24,000 bases of DNA, from positions 308,924 through 332,923 of the forward strand of contig JAKUNG010000001.1 of assembly GCA_022452285.1 (NCBI GenBank), given 5' to 3'. The position numbers and the translations under genes were made by a program. This DNA is from Terriglobia bacterium. Its GTDB lineage: Bacteria; Acidobacteriota; Terriglobia; Versatilivoradales; Versatilivoraceae. The stretch's first letter is position 1, and the number at the start of each line of letters is the position of its first letter. This document shows positions 1-8,825 of this stretch, piece after piece. The notes beneath the pieces are model-generated. The model was given only the letters and a program-made list of their open reading frames with translations. It searched no databases and had not been told where the DNA came from.

Positions 1-174
1 ATCTTTATTTTCCATATAAACTCCACCGAATTAAAACTATTTGGAGAAATTATAGCAGATGCTTTCTGCTTTACTAGTTGAATCAACAAAGATCTATTTG
101 CCTTAAGTTGAGGGAATAAGCTTCTGAAGAATTCTCACTTACCTATTCCCCGAACACAAACAACTAGTATTCCC

Positions 175-801
175 CTACCTTACATACTTTAGATAACGAC
201 TTTCAATACGCTCCCAGTTAAGGTTACCAAGAAAGTTATCAATATATTTAACCCTTCCTGGACCATCTTTATGATAGTAAGCATGTTCAAAAACGTCACA
301 TGAAATTAATGGAATACCTCCCCATATGGCTCCATATTGATGTTCGTCCACTAGGACATTAATTAAACGCTGTGAATAAAGAGAGTCATAAACCAGTAGG
401 CCCCAACCACTAAGTTTAGCAGCAAAGGCTGAAGCCTTAAAATCTGCTTTCCAGTTGTCCACTGATCCAAATTCTGAAGTTAACGCCTTAGACAGTTCAG
501 GAGCCTTGGAACTATCTCCATCTCCACCCATAACCTCCCAATAGACATCATGTAAAAGTGCTCCTGAATGATTCCAAGTAAAGCGACGTTTTAATTCGCC
601 AATTTGACTATAATTTCCATTCGCTTTAGCTGGATCTGCATCTTCGAGCTCTTTTTCTATATTATTTAAAAAAGTTACATACCCCTTATGATGAGTATTG
701 TAATGCCAATCAGTAGTTTCAGCCGAAACCACATCCTTCAATAAATCTTTGGCCTCATCATCAGAATAGGGCCTTGGATTAAATCTCCATTCATAAACCA
801 T
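175..801 (-). CDS. Fe/Mn-family superoxide dismutase
   Basis: 208-aa ORF with the family motifs HYNTHHKGYV (N-terminal metal-ligand His pair) and DVFEHAYY (D-x-W/F-E-H-A-Y-Y C-terminal metal ligands). GGAGG (revcomp of 808-812) lies 6 nt upstream of the ATG. Fe versus Mn specificity cannot be decided by eye. Confidence 0.9.
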   Translation of the reverse strand: MVYEWRFNPRPYSDDEAKDLLKDVVSAETTDWHYNTHHKGYVTFLNNIEKELEDADPAKANGNYSQIGELKRRFTWNHSGALLHDVYWEVMGGDGDSSKAPELSKALTSEFGSVDNWKADFKASAFAAKLSGWGLLVYDSLYSQRLINVLVDEHQYGAIWGGIPLISCDVFEHAYYHKDGPGRVKYIDNFLGNLNWERIESRYLKYVR

Positions 802-994
802 TAGAATCCTCCTGAGACAGAAACAAAGGGAACTATTAACTCTGAGTTCAAAAAAAAACTAAAAATACCTTTAGATCAAACGACTCTTTTGTAGGTACAT
901 GCCCAGTATTATTTCTCATACTGGTGAACTAATCATAATGAGATCGAATGCATCAGTCAATATCACATATATTAACAACCTCTTGTTAACAATG

Positions 995-1993
995 TTAATA
1001 GGCCCAACGGAGTAGTGTCGTTCCCACTGTAAACCCTGCACCCACAGAAGCTAGTAGGATGATATCCCCTTTTTGGAGTCTTGCTTCTAATAGAGCATCT
1101 TGCATTGCTAAAGGAATAGTTGCAGCCGTGGTATTCCCATAATTCCCAAGATTCAAGACAACCTGATCATTCCTCAAATTAAGACGTTCAGCAGTACCCC
1201 TAATAATGCGAGCATTTGCTTGGTGAGGAATCATTAATTTAAGCTCTGAAGGAGCAATTTTGTTCCTTTCTAAGATTCTTCTACTCGCCTCCTCCATTTT
1301 TCGGGTTGCAAACTTAAAAACCGTTGAACCGTCCTGCTTAACAAAATGTAAACGATCTTTGACGGTCTTAGCATTAGCAGGCTGCAAACTACCTCCTGCA
1401 GGCATACACAAACTATCTCCTCCAGAACCATCAATTTCATGAAAAGCATCGATGAAACAATTCTCTGGCTGAACTGCGGGTTCTATTAGAATGGCACCAG
1501 CCCCATCACCAAAAAGCACGCAAGTATTTCGATCTTTAGGATCAATAATACGTGACATAGCATCTGCTCCGACTACTACAACTTTCCGTCGCATACCTGA
1601 AGATACAAAAGCAACTCCAGTAGATAGTGCATAAACAAAACCACAACAAGCAGCTGAAAGATCGAATCCCCATGTACTTGGAATACCAAGTTTACTCTGC
1701 ACCAAACAAGCGGTCGAAGGAAAAAGCATATCGGGAGTAACGGAAGCTACAATTAATAAATCAATATCTGATGGATCTAGACTTGTCGAATCACAAAGAG
1801 ATCTAATTGCCTCTACTGCCATATCAGATGTAGCTCTGCCAGATTCCAGCACACGACGTTCAGAAATACCTGTTCGTTGGAGTATCCATTCGTCCGAAGT
1901 ATCAAGAGTTCTTTCTAGATCGTGATTGGTAAGACGTTGCTCAGGTAGATAAGAACCCACACCACTGATCTGGACAGGGCAAAGGGGTCTCAT
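995..1993 (-). CDS. fabH: 3-oxoacyl-ACP synthase III (KAS III, FabH)
   Basis: 332 aa. N-terminus ISGVGSYLPEQRLTNHDLE..DTSDEWILQRTGISERR is typical of FabH. Catalytic triad contexts are present: SAACCGF (Cys), IPHQANARI (His), YGNTTAATIP (Asn). AAGGAG lies 9 nt upstream of the ATG. Confidence 0.9.
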   Translation of the reverse strand: MRPLCPVQISGVGSYLPEQRLTNHDLERTLDTSDEWILQRTGISERRVLESGRATSDMAVEAIRSLCDSTSLDPSDIDLLIVASVTPDMLFPSTACLVQSKLGIPSTWGFDLSAACCGFVYALSTGVAFVSSGMRRKVVVVGADAMSRIIDPKDRNTCVLFGDGAGAILIEPAVQPENCFIDAFHEIDGSGGDSLCMPAGGSLQPANAKTVKDRLHFVKQDGSTVFKFATRKMEEASRRILERNKIAPSELKLMIPHQANARIIRGTAERLNLRNDQVVLNLGNYGNTTAATIPLAMQDALLEARLQKGDIILLASVGAGFTVGTTLLRWAY

Positions 1994-2289
1994 TTAGAAA
2001 ATCTCCTTACTTTTCATTGATAGTCTCCAATTTCTCCTCTGCCATAAATTCAATTTAGAACAACTCATCTTTTTCATCTTAGGTGAACTAAAAGCAAATG
2101 TAAACGACTTGAGAATTCTTTTAAAATCAGCAGTAGTTAACAATGTACCTCTTAAACAAACAGTTAACCAATTAATTAAAAACCTGTATAGAGATTCGAT
2201 TGACAGTAAGTAAATGACTATGTTACAGGTGTTAGAAGGAATCTTTAAACTGAAAGCAAACATTTTAAAAGGAGAACTAAACTTCAATA

Positions 2290-2664
2290 ATGGAAAAACA
2301 TTTCTCTCTAGAAGAAGCAAACGCACTATTACCTCAACTAAAAGAAATGCTAGGACAAGTTCAATTAGAGAAAAAACGTTTGATTTCAATGAAACCCGAT
2401 GTAGAAGCAGCAAAGGAGGGTCACATCTGTGACTGGGGCACTCCAATTGGTCCTACTTATGTAATGGTTTTAGAAGCCTTTCAAGAAAGTCTTCTAAGAA
2501 TTAAAGACTTAGGAGTTTTGGTTAAGGACTTTGATACAGGCTTATGTGACTTTCCTCACCAACGTGATGGTAAAGTAGTTTATCTATGCTGGAAATTAGG
2601 CGAGGAAAAGATAGCCTGGTGGCATGATGTCAATACAGGATTTTCCGGACGACAGCCGCTTTAA
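2290..2664 (+). CDS. DUF2203 family protein (function unknown)
   Basis: 124 aa. The pattern FSLEEANALLPQL ... GLCDFP ... YLCWKLGEEKIAWWH...GFSGRQP matches my recollection of the DUF2203 family. Divergent from fabH and convergent with murB. Confidence 0.65.
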   Translation: MEKHFSLEEANALLPQLKEMLGQVQLEKKRLISMKPDVEAAKEGHICDWGTPIGPTYVMVLEAFQESLLRIKDLGVLVKDFDTGLCDFPHQRDGKVVYLCWKLGEEKIAWWHDVNTGFSGRQPL

Positions 2665-2677
2665 ATTATTAGACTCC

Positions 2678-3598
2678 CTAAGAAATTAGATCTGCCTGAT
2701 CAAATCCTACTAATTCCTGTTCTAGTTCAAGGTTAATTCTAAAATTTTCTAAAACCGTAGAACGGATTAATTGGATTAATTCTAGGACATCAGTTGCGGT
2801 AGCTCCTCCTAAATTAATTATTATCCCTGCATGTTTACGAGAAATTTCAGCTCTACCAATTCTTTTTCCCTTTAATCCAGCTTTTTCAATTAGCTCTCCA
2901 GCATAATACCCAGGAGGTCTTTTGAAAACACTTCCTGCTGTTGGATACTGCCAAGGTTGGCGCTTTCTCCTCTGGTTTAAAATTTCTTCACGAACAATAA
3001 AAAGTGTCTCTTTCTTAGCACAAGGGAACTTAAATTTAGCTTCTAATATATACATATTTTGTAAATGAGGTGCTTTACGATACGAAAAGTTCACCTCTGA
3101 TCTCGACAAAACCTTAAAATTTCCCTGATAATCCATACATTTCACACTTATCAAATAATCAGAGATTTCTGCGCCAAAGGCTCCAGCATTCATCCGCAGA
3201 GCACCCCCTAAAGATCCCGGAATTCCAGACAAATTTTCTAAACCTCTATACCCATTCCTTAAACAAGTAACAATGAAGTCATCAAGGACTAAACCCGCAC
3301 CACCAACTACTGTTGAACCACTAAAGGAGAGCTGCACAAATTCTTTGAGATGAATAACGACTCCCCTAAAACCTCTGTCACTTATCAATACGTTAGCTCC
3401 ACCACCGAGAACAAAACGCGGTAGATCATTTTGGACTAAGTACGAATTGAGACATCGTAAATCTTCAGAGTTGTTAGGACAGACATACAAACTAGCCTCT
3501 CCACCAATTTGGTATGTTGTTTTCCTCTTGAGTATAATTTTTTCCAAGATTTCTCCCTGGAGAAGTTGTTTCAAATCTTTATAGATACTCTTATTCAA
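2678..3598 (-). CDS. murB: UDP-N-acetylenolpyruvoylglucosamine reductase (MurB)
   Basis: 306 aa. FAD-binding region TTYQIGGEA...VLGGGANVLISD, then GIPGSLGGALRMNAGAFG and the C-terminal MurB domain (AGSVFKRPPG..AGELIE.AGLKG.RIG.A.IS.KHAG.IIN). TTG start with GGAGGG (revcomp of 3606-3611) 7 nt upstream. Confidence 0.9.
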   Translation of the reverse strand: MNKSIYKDLKQLLQGEILEKIILKRKTTYQIGGEASLYVCPNNSEDLRCLNSYLVQNDLPRFVLGGGANVLISDRGFRGVVIHLKEFVQLSFSGSTVVGGAGLVLDDFIVTCLRNGYRGLENLSGIPGSLGGALRMNAGAFGAEISDYLISVKCMDYQGNFKVLSRSEVNFSYRKAPHLQNMYILEAKFKFPCAKKETLFIVREEILNQRRKRQPWQYPTAGSVFKRPPGYYAGELIEKAGLKGKRIGRAEISRKHAGIIINLGGATATDVLELIQLIRSTVLENFRINLELEQELVGFDQADLIS

Positions 3599-3996
3599 CT
3601 AAGATCCCTCCAAATTTAGAAGTATTCAAACTACGTTGTCATGATTTGGTTGTCAACTCTGAGTTTGTTCATCAAAAATAGGTTTGTCAAAAAATAAACG
3701 AAGAATTGCCTAGTTTGTTTATTTTCAAAGTACTCAGTGACACTCAATTAATTTTTTAAAAGTTTTCACTTTTCTAAAAAACCTAATAAAATTATTTAAT
3801 GTTTTATTCTGTTATTGTATGGTTGCTACTTAACTAGAATAGGGTCACTGACAATATTTCTAACAAAATTAAAATTTTTATACTTATATGTAACAAAAAT
3901 TAACAGTTTCTGTTGGTTAGCTGAAAATGTATTGAACCCGTCAAGAGAACTAAGATTTTTTCCCTTTGGGCCTAAATGTTTGGAGGAATATATCAA

Positions 3997-4275
3997 ATGG
4001 CAGAACGAGTCGTAAAGTGTGTCAAGCTTCAACGAGAATTACCGGGACTGGAACACCCTCCTTTTAGTGGGGAACTAGGACAGCGCATATTTGAAAACGT
4101 TTCTGCAGAAGCCTGGGGAATGTTTCGCGAGCATCTTAAAATGGTTATTAATGAATATCGTTTAACCATGGGTACTGAAGAAGCGAATGAAATTGTTGAA
4201 AAACAAACGGAAGATTACTTTTTTGGCCCTGGAGCAGCCTTACCTCCAGGATATGTTCCCCCAAAAACTAAATGA
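3997..4275 (+). CDS. yggX: Fe(2+)-trafficking / oxidative-damage protection protein YggX
   Basis: MAERVVKCVKLQRELPGLEHPPFSGELGQRIFENVSAEAWGMFREHLKMVINEYRL is the canonical YggX pattern. I chose ATG 3997 (GGAGGA at 3983-3988) rather than the track start at 3976. Confidence 0.85.
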   Translation: MAERVVKCVKLQRELPGLEHPPFSGELGQRIFENVSAEAWGMFREHLKMVINEYRLTMGTEEANEIVEKQTEDYFFGPGAALPPGYVPPKTK

Positions 4276-4425
4276 AAATTTTTGAATCAAAGTAACTAAA
4301 AAATGTTACTAATATTGTAAAAACTAGTTTGATTATCAATCTAAAGAAAAATTAAATTACCCTACCACATGAAAAGTGAACTAGCTAAAAAGTATAGGTA
4401 ATTTATTCCTCCAGATTTGAGCTTC

Positions 4426-5847
4426 ATGAATGTCGTCTTAATTTCTACATATGATTTAGGACACCAACCATTTGGATTGGCTTCTCCTGCAGCTTGGCTT
4501 AAACGTGTAGGAGCTTCAGTAAAATGTTTTGATTTAACAGTCCAAAAATTAGAACCTCCTGTAATAAAAAAAGCTTGTTTGATCGGTTTTTTTCTGCCCA
4601 TGCACACCGCAACACGCCAGGCTATTAAGATAATTCAGCTAGTAAAACAATTTAATTCAAAAGCCCATTTATGTGCATATGGATTGTATGCGCCACTTAA
4701 TAAAGAATTTCTAAGTGAATTAGGAATTCAAACATTCTTTGGAGGAGAATTTGAAGAAGGCTTGCTTCAGCTCGCCAATGTTATAAAACTAAACCCAAAC
4801 CAACTAGACAAAGTTACAATTAACCAACCGCCTTATATTTCAGTTGCTCGACAGGAGTTTTGTAAACCTGATCGAACAAACTTACCTAGCCTTAAAAATT
4901 ATGCACACCTTCTAACGGCAGGATCAAAAAAAGTTTCTGGTTACACTGAGGCTAGCCGAGGTTGTCAACATCACTGTAAACATTGTCCTATTGTACCGGT
5001 TTACCAAGGAAAGTTTAGAGTTGTCCAAAAAGAGATTGTATTACAAGATATTCAACAACAAATTAACGCTGGCGCAGAACATATTACCTTTGGAGATCCT
5101 GATTTTTTCAATGGAGTTAAACACTCGCTGGAAATTGTGCGTGACCTAAATAGGAGATACCCCCAGGTTAGTTATGATGTAACCATTAAAATTGAGCATC
5201 TTTTAAGATATGCTTCTCATCTACAGAGCTTGAAGGAAACAGGCTGTCTTTTTATTACTAGCGCAGTTGAATCCCTAGATGACCATGTATTAAAGCTTCT
5301 AAATAAAGGTCACACTCAGAATGACTTTTTGAAAGCTCTCGAACTACTATCTGCACTAGAATTGCCTCTTAATCCCACTTTTATTCCTTTTACTCCCTGG
5401 ACTAGCTGGAAAAATTATTGTGAACTGCTAGATATATTACTAGAAAAAAACCTAATGGAATGTATATCACCAGTCCAACTAGCTATTCGTCTTTTGATTC
5501 CATCAGAGTCACCTTTACTAGAATTGACCGAGATTCAGAAAGTAGTAAAAAGCTTTAACAAGAAAAAGTTGAGCTACTCATGGAAACACCCTGATCCTAG
5601 CATAGAAGGCCTATACTGCCAGATTCAACAACAGGTATACCAAGGCAATTCCCAAGGCCTTAGTCGCAGTCAGATTTTTGCTTCTATTTGGACTCTAGCC
5701 CACTCTAAAAATCCTTCAGAACAACATAATTCTATGACTTTTCCTGTACAACCCTCTCGAACAACCATCCCTTTTTTAGAGGAACCCTGGTACTGCTGAG
5801 CAGAGCCTCTAGATGAGCAGTCTGCTCCTTTTGAATCAGTTCTATGA
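4426..5847 (+). CDS. CUAEP/CCAEP-tail radical SAM (seleno)protein; the in-frame TGA at 5797-5799 is read as selenocysteine
   Basis: N-terminal B12-binding-like fold (VVLISTYDLGHQPFGLASPAAWL). Radical SAM CxxxCxxC motif (SRGCQHHCKHCPIV). The track ORF ends ...EEPWYC-TGA, and the same frame continues GCA GAG CCT = AEP, giving C-U-A-E-P, then 12 more codons to TGA 5845-5847. The start could instead be TTG 4417. Without recoding the CDS ends at 5799. Confidence 0.7.
5798..5827 (+). promoter_or_regulatory. candidate bacterial SECIS hairpin(s) downstream of, and overlapping, the UGA
   Basis: GAGCAGA 5798-5804 is the exact reverse complement of TCTGCTC 5821-5827 (7 bp; inner CUC 5807-5809 / GAG 5815-5817; apical loop UAGAU). 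Alternatively GAGCA 5815-5819 pairs with UGCUC 5823-5827 around a GUC triloop. The two folds are mutually exclusive. Folded by eye only. Confidence 0.35.
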
Positions 5848-5899
5848 GTTACTATTTGCCTCAAAAAAACCATAATAATCGTGTTAATGGAATTTGCTA

Positions 5900-7156
5900 A
5901 TGAAAAGGATTTTGTTGTTATTCACAACAACTGGCTATAATGCACAAGACTTCATTGAAGCTGCACGAAAACTAAATATTAAAGTGATACCTGGCACAGA
6001 TCGGTGTGACGTACTAGACGATCCTTGGAAAGATGGAGCACTTCCCCTACGTTTTACCCGTCCGAGTGAAGCAGCACAAAAAATCATGGATTATGCTCGT
6101 AATCATCCAATTGATGCCATTATTTCTGTCGGTGATTCAACAACAATAGCAGGAGCTCTCGCTACAAGAAAACTTAGATTAATAGGTAACTCACCAGAAT
6201 CTGTAAAAAGTTGTCACAGTAAACTTTTATCTAGAAAAATTCTTAAAAAAGCAGGAATACCAGTCCCAGATTTTCAAAACATCTTACTTTCTCAAGATGC
6301 TAAAAAATTATCTAAGTCAATCAAATTTCCGTGTGTATTAAAGCCACTTTCCCTTTCAACAAGCCAAGGAGTCATAAGAGCAAATGATTGTACTTCTTTC
6401 GTAAAAGCTTTTCATAGGGTGCAAAAACTCCTTCAACTACCTAGAATTCAAAAATATCAACCCTTTGACCTTGATCAAATTTTGGTAGAAGACTATTTGG
6501 ACGGTCAAGAATTCGCATTAGAGGGACTTTTAAACAATGGCAAACTAAAAACTCTAGCATTATTTGACAAACCAGATCCTTTACAGGGCCCTTTTTTTGA
6601 GGAAACTATATATACTACTCCATCTCGACTACCAACTAGACTGCAAAAGGAACTGTTGTCCTGCTGTCAAAAAGCTTCTCAGGCACTGGGACTAACTGAT
6701 GGTCCAATCCATGCAGAACTTAGACTCAACCGAGAAGGGCCTTGGATTATTGAAATTGCTCCAAGGACCATCGGTGGTCTTTGTTCTAGAGCACTTCGTT
6801 TTGGCATAGGCATGTCTTTAGAAGAAATACATATCCGACACAAATTTAAAATGCCTATTCCCTCATTGAAACTTAAAGATCGGTCTGCTGGTGTAATGAT
6901 GTTACCAATAAAGAGAAAGGGAATCCTACGCAGAGTCTCTGGATTGAAACAAGCTTTATCAATTCAAGGAATAGTTGATGTAACAGTAACGGCTAAAAAA
7001 GGCCAACTTCTTATCCCGCCACCGGAAGGTGACAGCTATCTTGGTTTTCTATTTGCTCGAGGCTCCTCTTCAGAAAAAGTAGAAAAAACCCTTAAGACTG
7101 CCCATCAGCAATTAAGCTTCGATGTTTATCCGGAAGTCCCAGTCTTGTCTAGCTAG
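5900..7156 (+). CDS. ATP-grasp domain protein (carboxylate-amine ligase-like), substrate unknown
   Basis: About 418 aa. Pre-ATP-grasp N-domain (KRILLLFTTTGYNAQDFIEAARKLNIKVI), then LSRKILKKAGIPVPDF, FPCVLKPLSLSTSQGV, ILVEDYLDGQEFALEGL and IHAELRLNREGPWIIEIAPRTIGG, which are typical ATP-grasp_4-type elements. It starts 52 nt after the extended radical SAM CDS on the same strand. An alternative TTG start is at 5894. Confidence 0.8.
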   Translation: MKRILLLFTTTGYNAQDFIEAARKLNIKVIPGTDRCDVLDDPWKDGALPLRFTRPSEAAQKIMDYARNHPIDAIISVGDSTTIAGALATRKLRLIGNSPESVKSCHSKLLSRKILKKAGIPVPDFQNILLSQDAKKLSKSIKFPCVLKPLSLSTSQGVIRANDCTSFVKAFHRVQKLLQLPRIQKYQPFDLDQILVEDYLDGQEFALEGLLNNGKLKTLALFDKPDPLQGPFFEETIYTTPSRLPTRLQKELLSCCQKASQALGLTDGPIHAELRLNREGPWIIEIAPRTIGGLCSRALRFGIGMSLEEIHIRHKFKMPIPSLKLKDRSAGVMMLPIKRKGILRRVSGLKQALSIQGIVDVTVTAKKGQLLIPPPEGDSYLGFLFARGSSSEKVEKTLKTAHQQLSFDVYPEVPVLSS

Positions 7157-7225
7157 TATTCAAAAGCCAACTAATTTTTTTAAATCTTATTATTCTATAC
7201 ACCTATCCGTTCAGGATTTACTTTC

Positions 7226-8239
7226 TCATCCACCCAGACTAATCATCTCTATTTTCTTGTGATCTTCAGCTCTGTAACCATTCTCTGAATAAAGAGCTTC
7301 CCATCTTTTTTCTGAATATCGATCGTTTCTTTCTTTCCAAATATTCTTTATTAGATCTTTCATTTCCTGAACAGATGCACCTTGGCGTAGAAACATCTTA
7401 AGATTTTCTCCAACTTCCGAAAAAAGACACGTAACTAACTTTCCATCGGCCGTCAACCTTGCTCGAGTGCACCCAGAGCAAAATGGTTCCGTTACTGAAG
7501 CAATAACTCCCAATCTTGTTGTAGTGCCACTTAATTGATAATCAACAGCAGGAGCTCGCCCTTGTTCACGGCCTAATTCTTCAAATGAAAACTTTTCTTC
7601 AATCTCTTTTAGAATCTCTTTCTTTGGGACCATCTTGTCAGATTTCCATTTATTAGCATTTCCTACATCCATAAATTCAATAAAGCGAATGTCAAATCCA
7701 TGCTTCATAGAAAATTCGACAAGTGGAATAATCTCTTCATCATTAACTCCTCTTTCAATTACTGCATTTATCTTTATAGGTTGGAACCCCTCACTCTTAG
7801 CCATAAAAAGCCCTTCTAATACTTTTGATAAACTTCCCCGCTTCACTATTTTTTTAAACTTTTCATGATCCAAGGTGTCTAAACTCAGGTTTATCCGTCT
7901 GAGTCCAGCACTCTTAAGTTCCGCAGCTTGCTTGGCTAGATAGGCACCATTGGTAGTAAGACAAAGATCTTTTAAACTATCAATTGACGATAAGCGACTG
8001 ATCAATTTATGGAGATCTTTTCTTAGTAGAGGTTCTCCTCCAGTTAAACGAATTCTTTCCACACCCAAATCAACAAACACTCTAGCCAGGAGTTCTATTT
8101 CTTCAAAAGTTAAAATTTCTTCTCTGTCAATCCATACATATTCATCAAAAGGCATACAGTACGAGCAACGGAAATTACATCGATCTGTAACCGAAATTCG
8201 CAAATCCTTTATAGGTCTCTGAAAAGTATCAATCAACAT
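7226..8239 (-). CDS. moaA: GTP 3',8-cyclase (molybdenum cofactor biosynthesis protein A)
   Basis: 337 aa. LRISVTDRCNFRCSYCMP radical SAM motif, C-terminal auxiliary cluster Cys residues (PFCSGCTRARLTADGKLVTCLF) and the conserved terminal Gly-Gly followed by a TGA stop. Confidence 0.92.
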   Translation of the reverse strand: MLIDTFQRPIKDLRISVTDRCNFRCSYCMPFDEYVWIDREEILTFEEIELLARVFVDLGVERIRLTGGEPLLRKDLHKLISRLSSIDSLKDLCLTTNGAYLAKQAAELKSAGLRRINLSLDTLDHEKFKKIVKRGSLSKVLEGLFMAKSEGFQPIKINAVIERGVNDEEIIPLVEFSMKHGFDIRFIEFMDVGNANKWKSDKMVPKKEILKEIEEKFSFEELGREQGRAPAVDYQLSGTTTRLGVIASVTEPFCSGCTRARLTADGKLVTCLFSEVGENLKMFLRQGASVQEMKDLIKNIWKERNDRYSEKRWEALYSENGYRAEDHKKIEMISLGG

Positions 8240-8342
8240 ATTGAAATTTAAACAACCCTATTCATTAGGTAGAATCAGACAATCTATATAAAATTCCATG
8301 CGATCTTCACTTCATGGAGCAAATAAATATGCTCCTTCAATA

Positions 8343-8380
8343 TACAAAAAGGCCATTTCCCCTTTCAGGAAAACGGCCTT
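8343..8380 (-). terminator. rho-independent terminator after the A-type Fe-S carrier gene
   Basis: Minus strand reads AAGGCC-GT-TTTCC-TGAAAGG-GGAAA-T-GGCCTT followed by TTTTGTAT: a bipartite 6+5 bp stem with a T-run, about 40 nt after the stop at 8420. Confidence 0.6.
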
Positions 8381-8419
8381 AATTATAACTGCTATCTCTA
8401 AATGAGACACATTACTTTT

Positions 8420-8743
8420 CTATACTTGGAATGATTCTCCACAACCACAGGTACTCTTAACATTAGGATTATGAAATTTGAACCCTGCCCCGGTCAGACT
8501 TTCTATATAGTCTATTTCGGTGCCATCCAAATAGATCATACTACCTTTATCAACAAAAACTTTGAAACCTGGCATCTCAAGGATCTCATCTCCTCCATTA
8601 CTCTGTTTTTCAAAGCCCATTTGATACTGAAACCCTGAGCACCCGCCTCCAACAATTTGAACCCTCAAACCGGCAAACCCATCTTCTTGGCTTTCGAGAA
8701 TTTCCTTCACCTTTCCTTGAGCTTTTTCAGTGATTTTCAACAT
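8420..8743 (-). CDS. erpA: iron-sulfur cluster insertion/assembly protein, A-type carrier (IscA/ErpA/HesB family)
   Basis: 107 aa. GLRVQIVGGGCSGFQY and the C-terminal CGCGESF give the three conserved cluster-ligand cysteines of A-type carriers. Confidence 0.85.
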   Translation of the reverse strand: MLKITEKAQGKVKEILESQEDGFAGLRVQIVGGGCSGFQYQMGFEKQSNGGDEILEMPGFKVFVDKGSMIYLDGTEIDYIESLTGAGFKFHNPNVKSTCGCGESFQV

Positions 8744-8825
8744 AGAGTTTTCTTATTCCTTTCTTCAAACGATTCCAGATTCTATTTAACAAGCCATAAT
8801 TATTTTAGCGTATTCTTTTAAAAAA

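Noticed and set aside
1-15. Possible minus-strand gene start (revcomp ATGGAAAATAAAGAT, preceded by GGTGGAG) leaving the window at position 1.
   Set aside because: Only five codons are visible, so it cannot be supported as a feature.
1994-2446. 150-aa minus-strand ORF abutting the fabH start codon (its stop TAA is directly adjacent to the fabH ATG), including a possible 27-aa basic mini-ORF MKKMSCSKLNLWQRRNWRLSMKSKEIF (2076 down to 1994).
   Set aside because: Most of it is antisense to the well-supported DUF2203 gene. The sequence is low-complexity with no recognisable family and no Shine-Dalgarno. The abutment is probably a coincidence within the 296-bp divergent promoter region. A short leader peptide cannot be excluded but is unsupported.
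4294-4313. Hairpins AGTAAC-N8-GTTACT after yggX (4294-4313) and TTAACAA-CCTC-TTGTTAA after fabH (973-990), considered as terminators.
   Set aside because: The stems are short and almost entirely A/T, with no convincing downstream T-run, so they are too weak to call.
4369-4401. 10-codon mini-ORF (MKSELAKKYR) upstream of the radical SAM gene, considered as a possible RiPP precursor.
   Set aside because: It is too short, has no Shine-Dalgarno and no Cys/Ser/Thr-rich core or leader-like features. Nothing distinguishes it from chance.
5797-5799. Alternative explanations for the in-frame TGA: a reassigned genetic code (UGA = Trp or Gly), a sequencing error, or a genuine stop.
   Set aside because: Other genes in the window terminate at TGA at well-defined conserved C-termini (moaA GG-TGA, yggX), and no other gene needs internal TGA read-through, which argues against code 4 or 25. 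A genuine stop remains possible, but the exact A-E-P continuation after Cys-TGA is too specific to ignore.
8240-8419. Looked for a Moco riboswitch in the moaA leader. Also noted a second small hairpin, GGAGCA-N8-TGCTCC, at 8316-8335.
   Set aside because: The leader is AT-rich and lacks the GC-rich conserved helices I associate with the Moco RNA motif. The strong hairpin there is better explained as the terminator of the upstream Fe-S carrier gene. The small hairpin has no T-run or other context.
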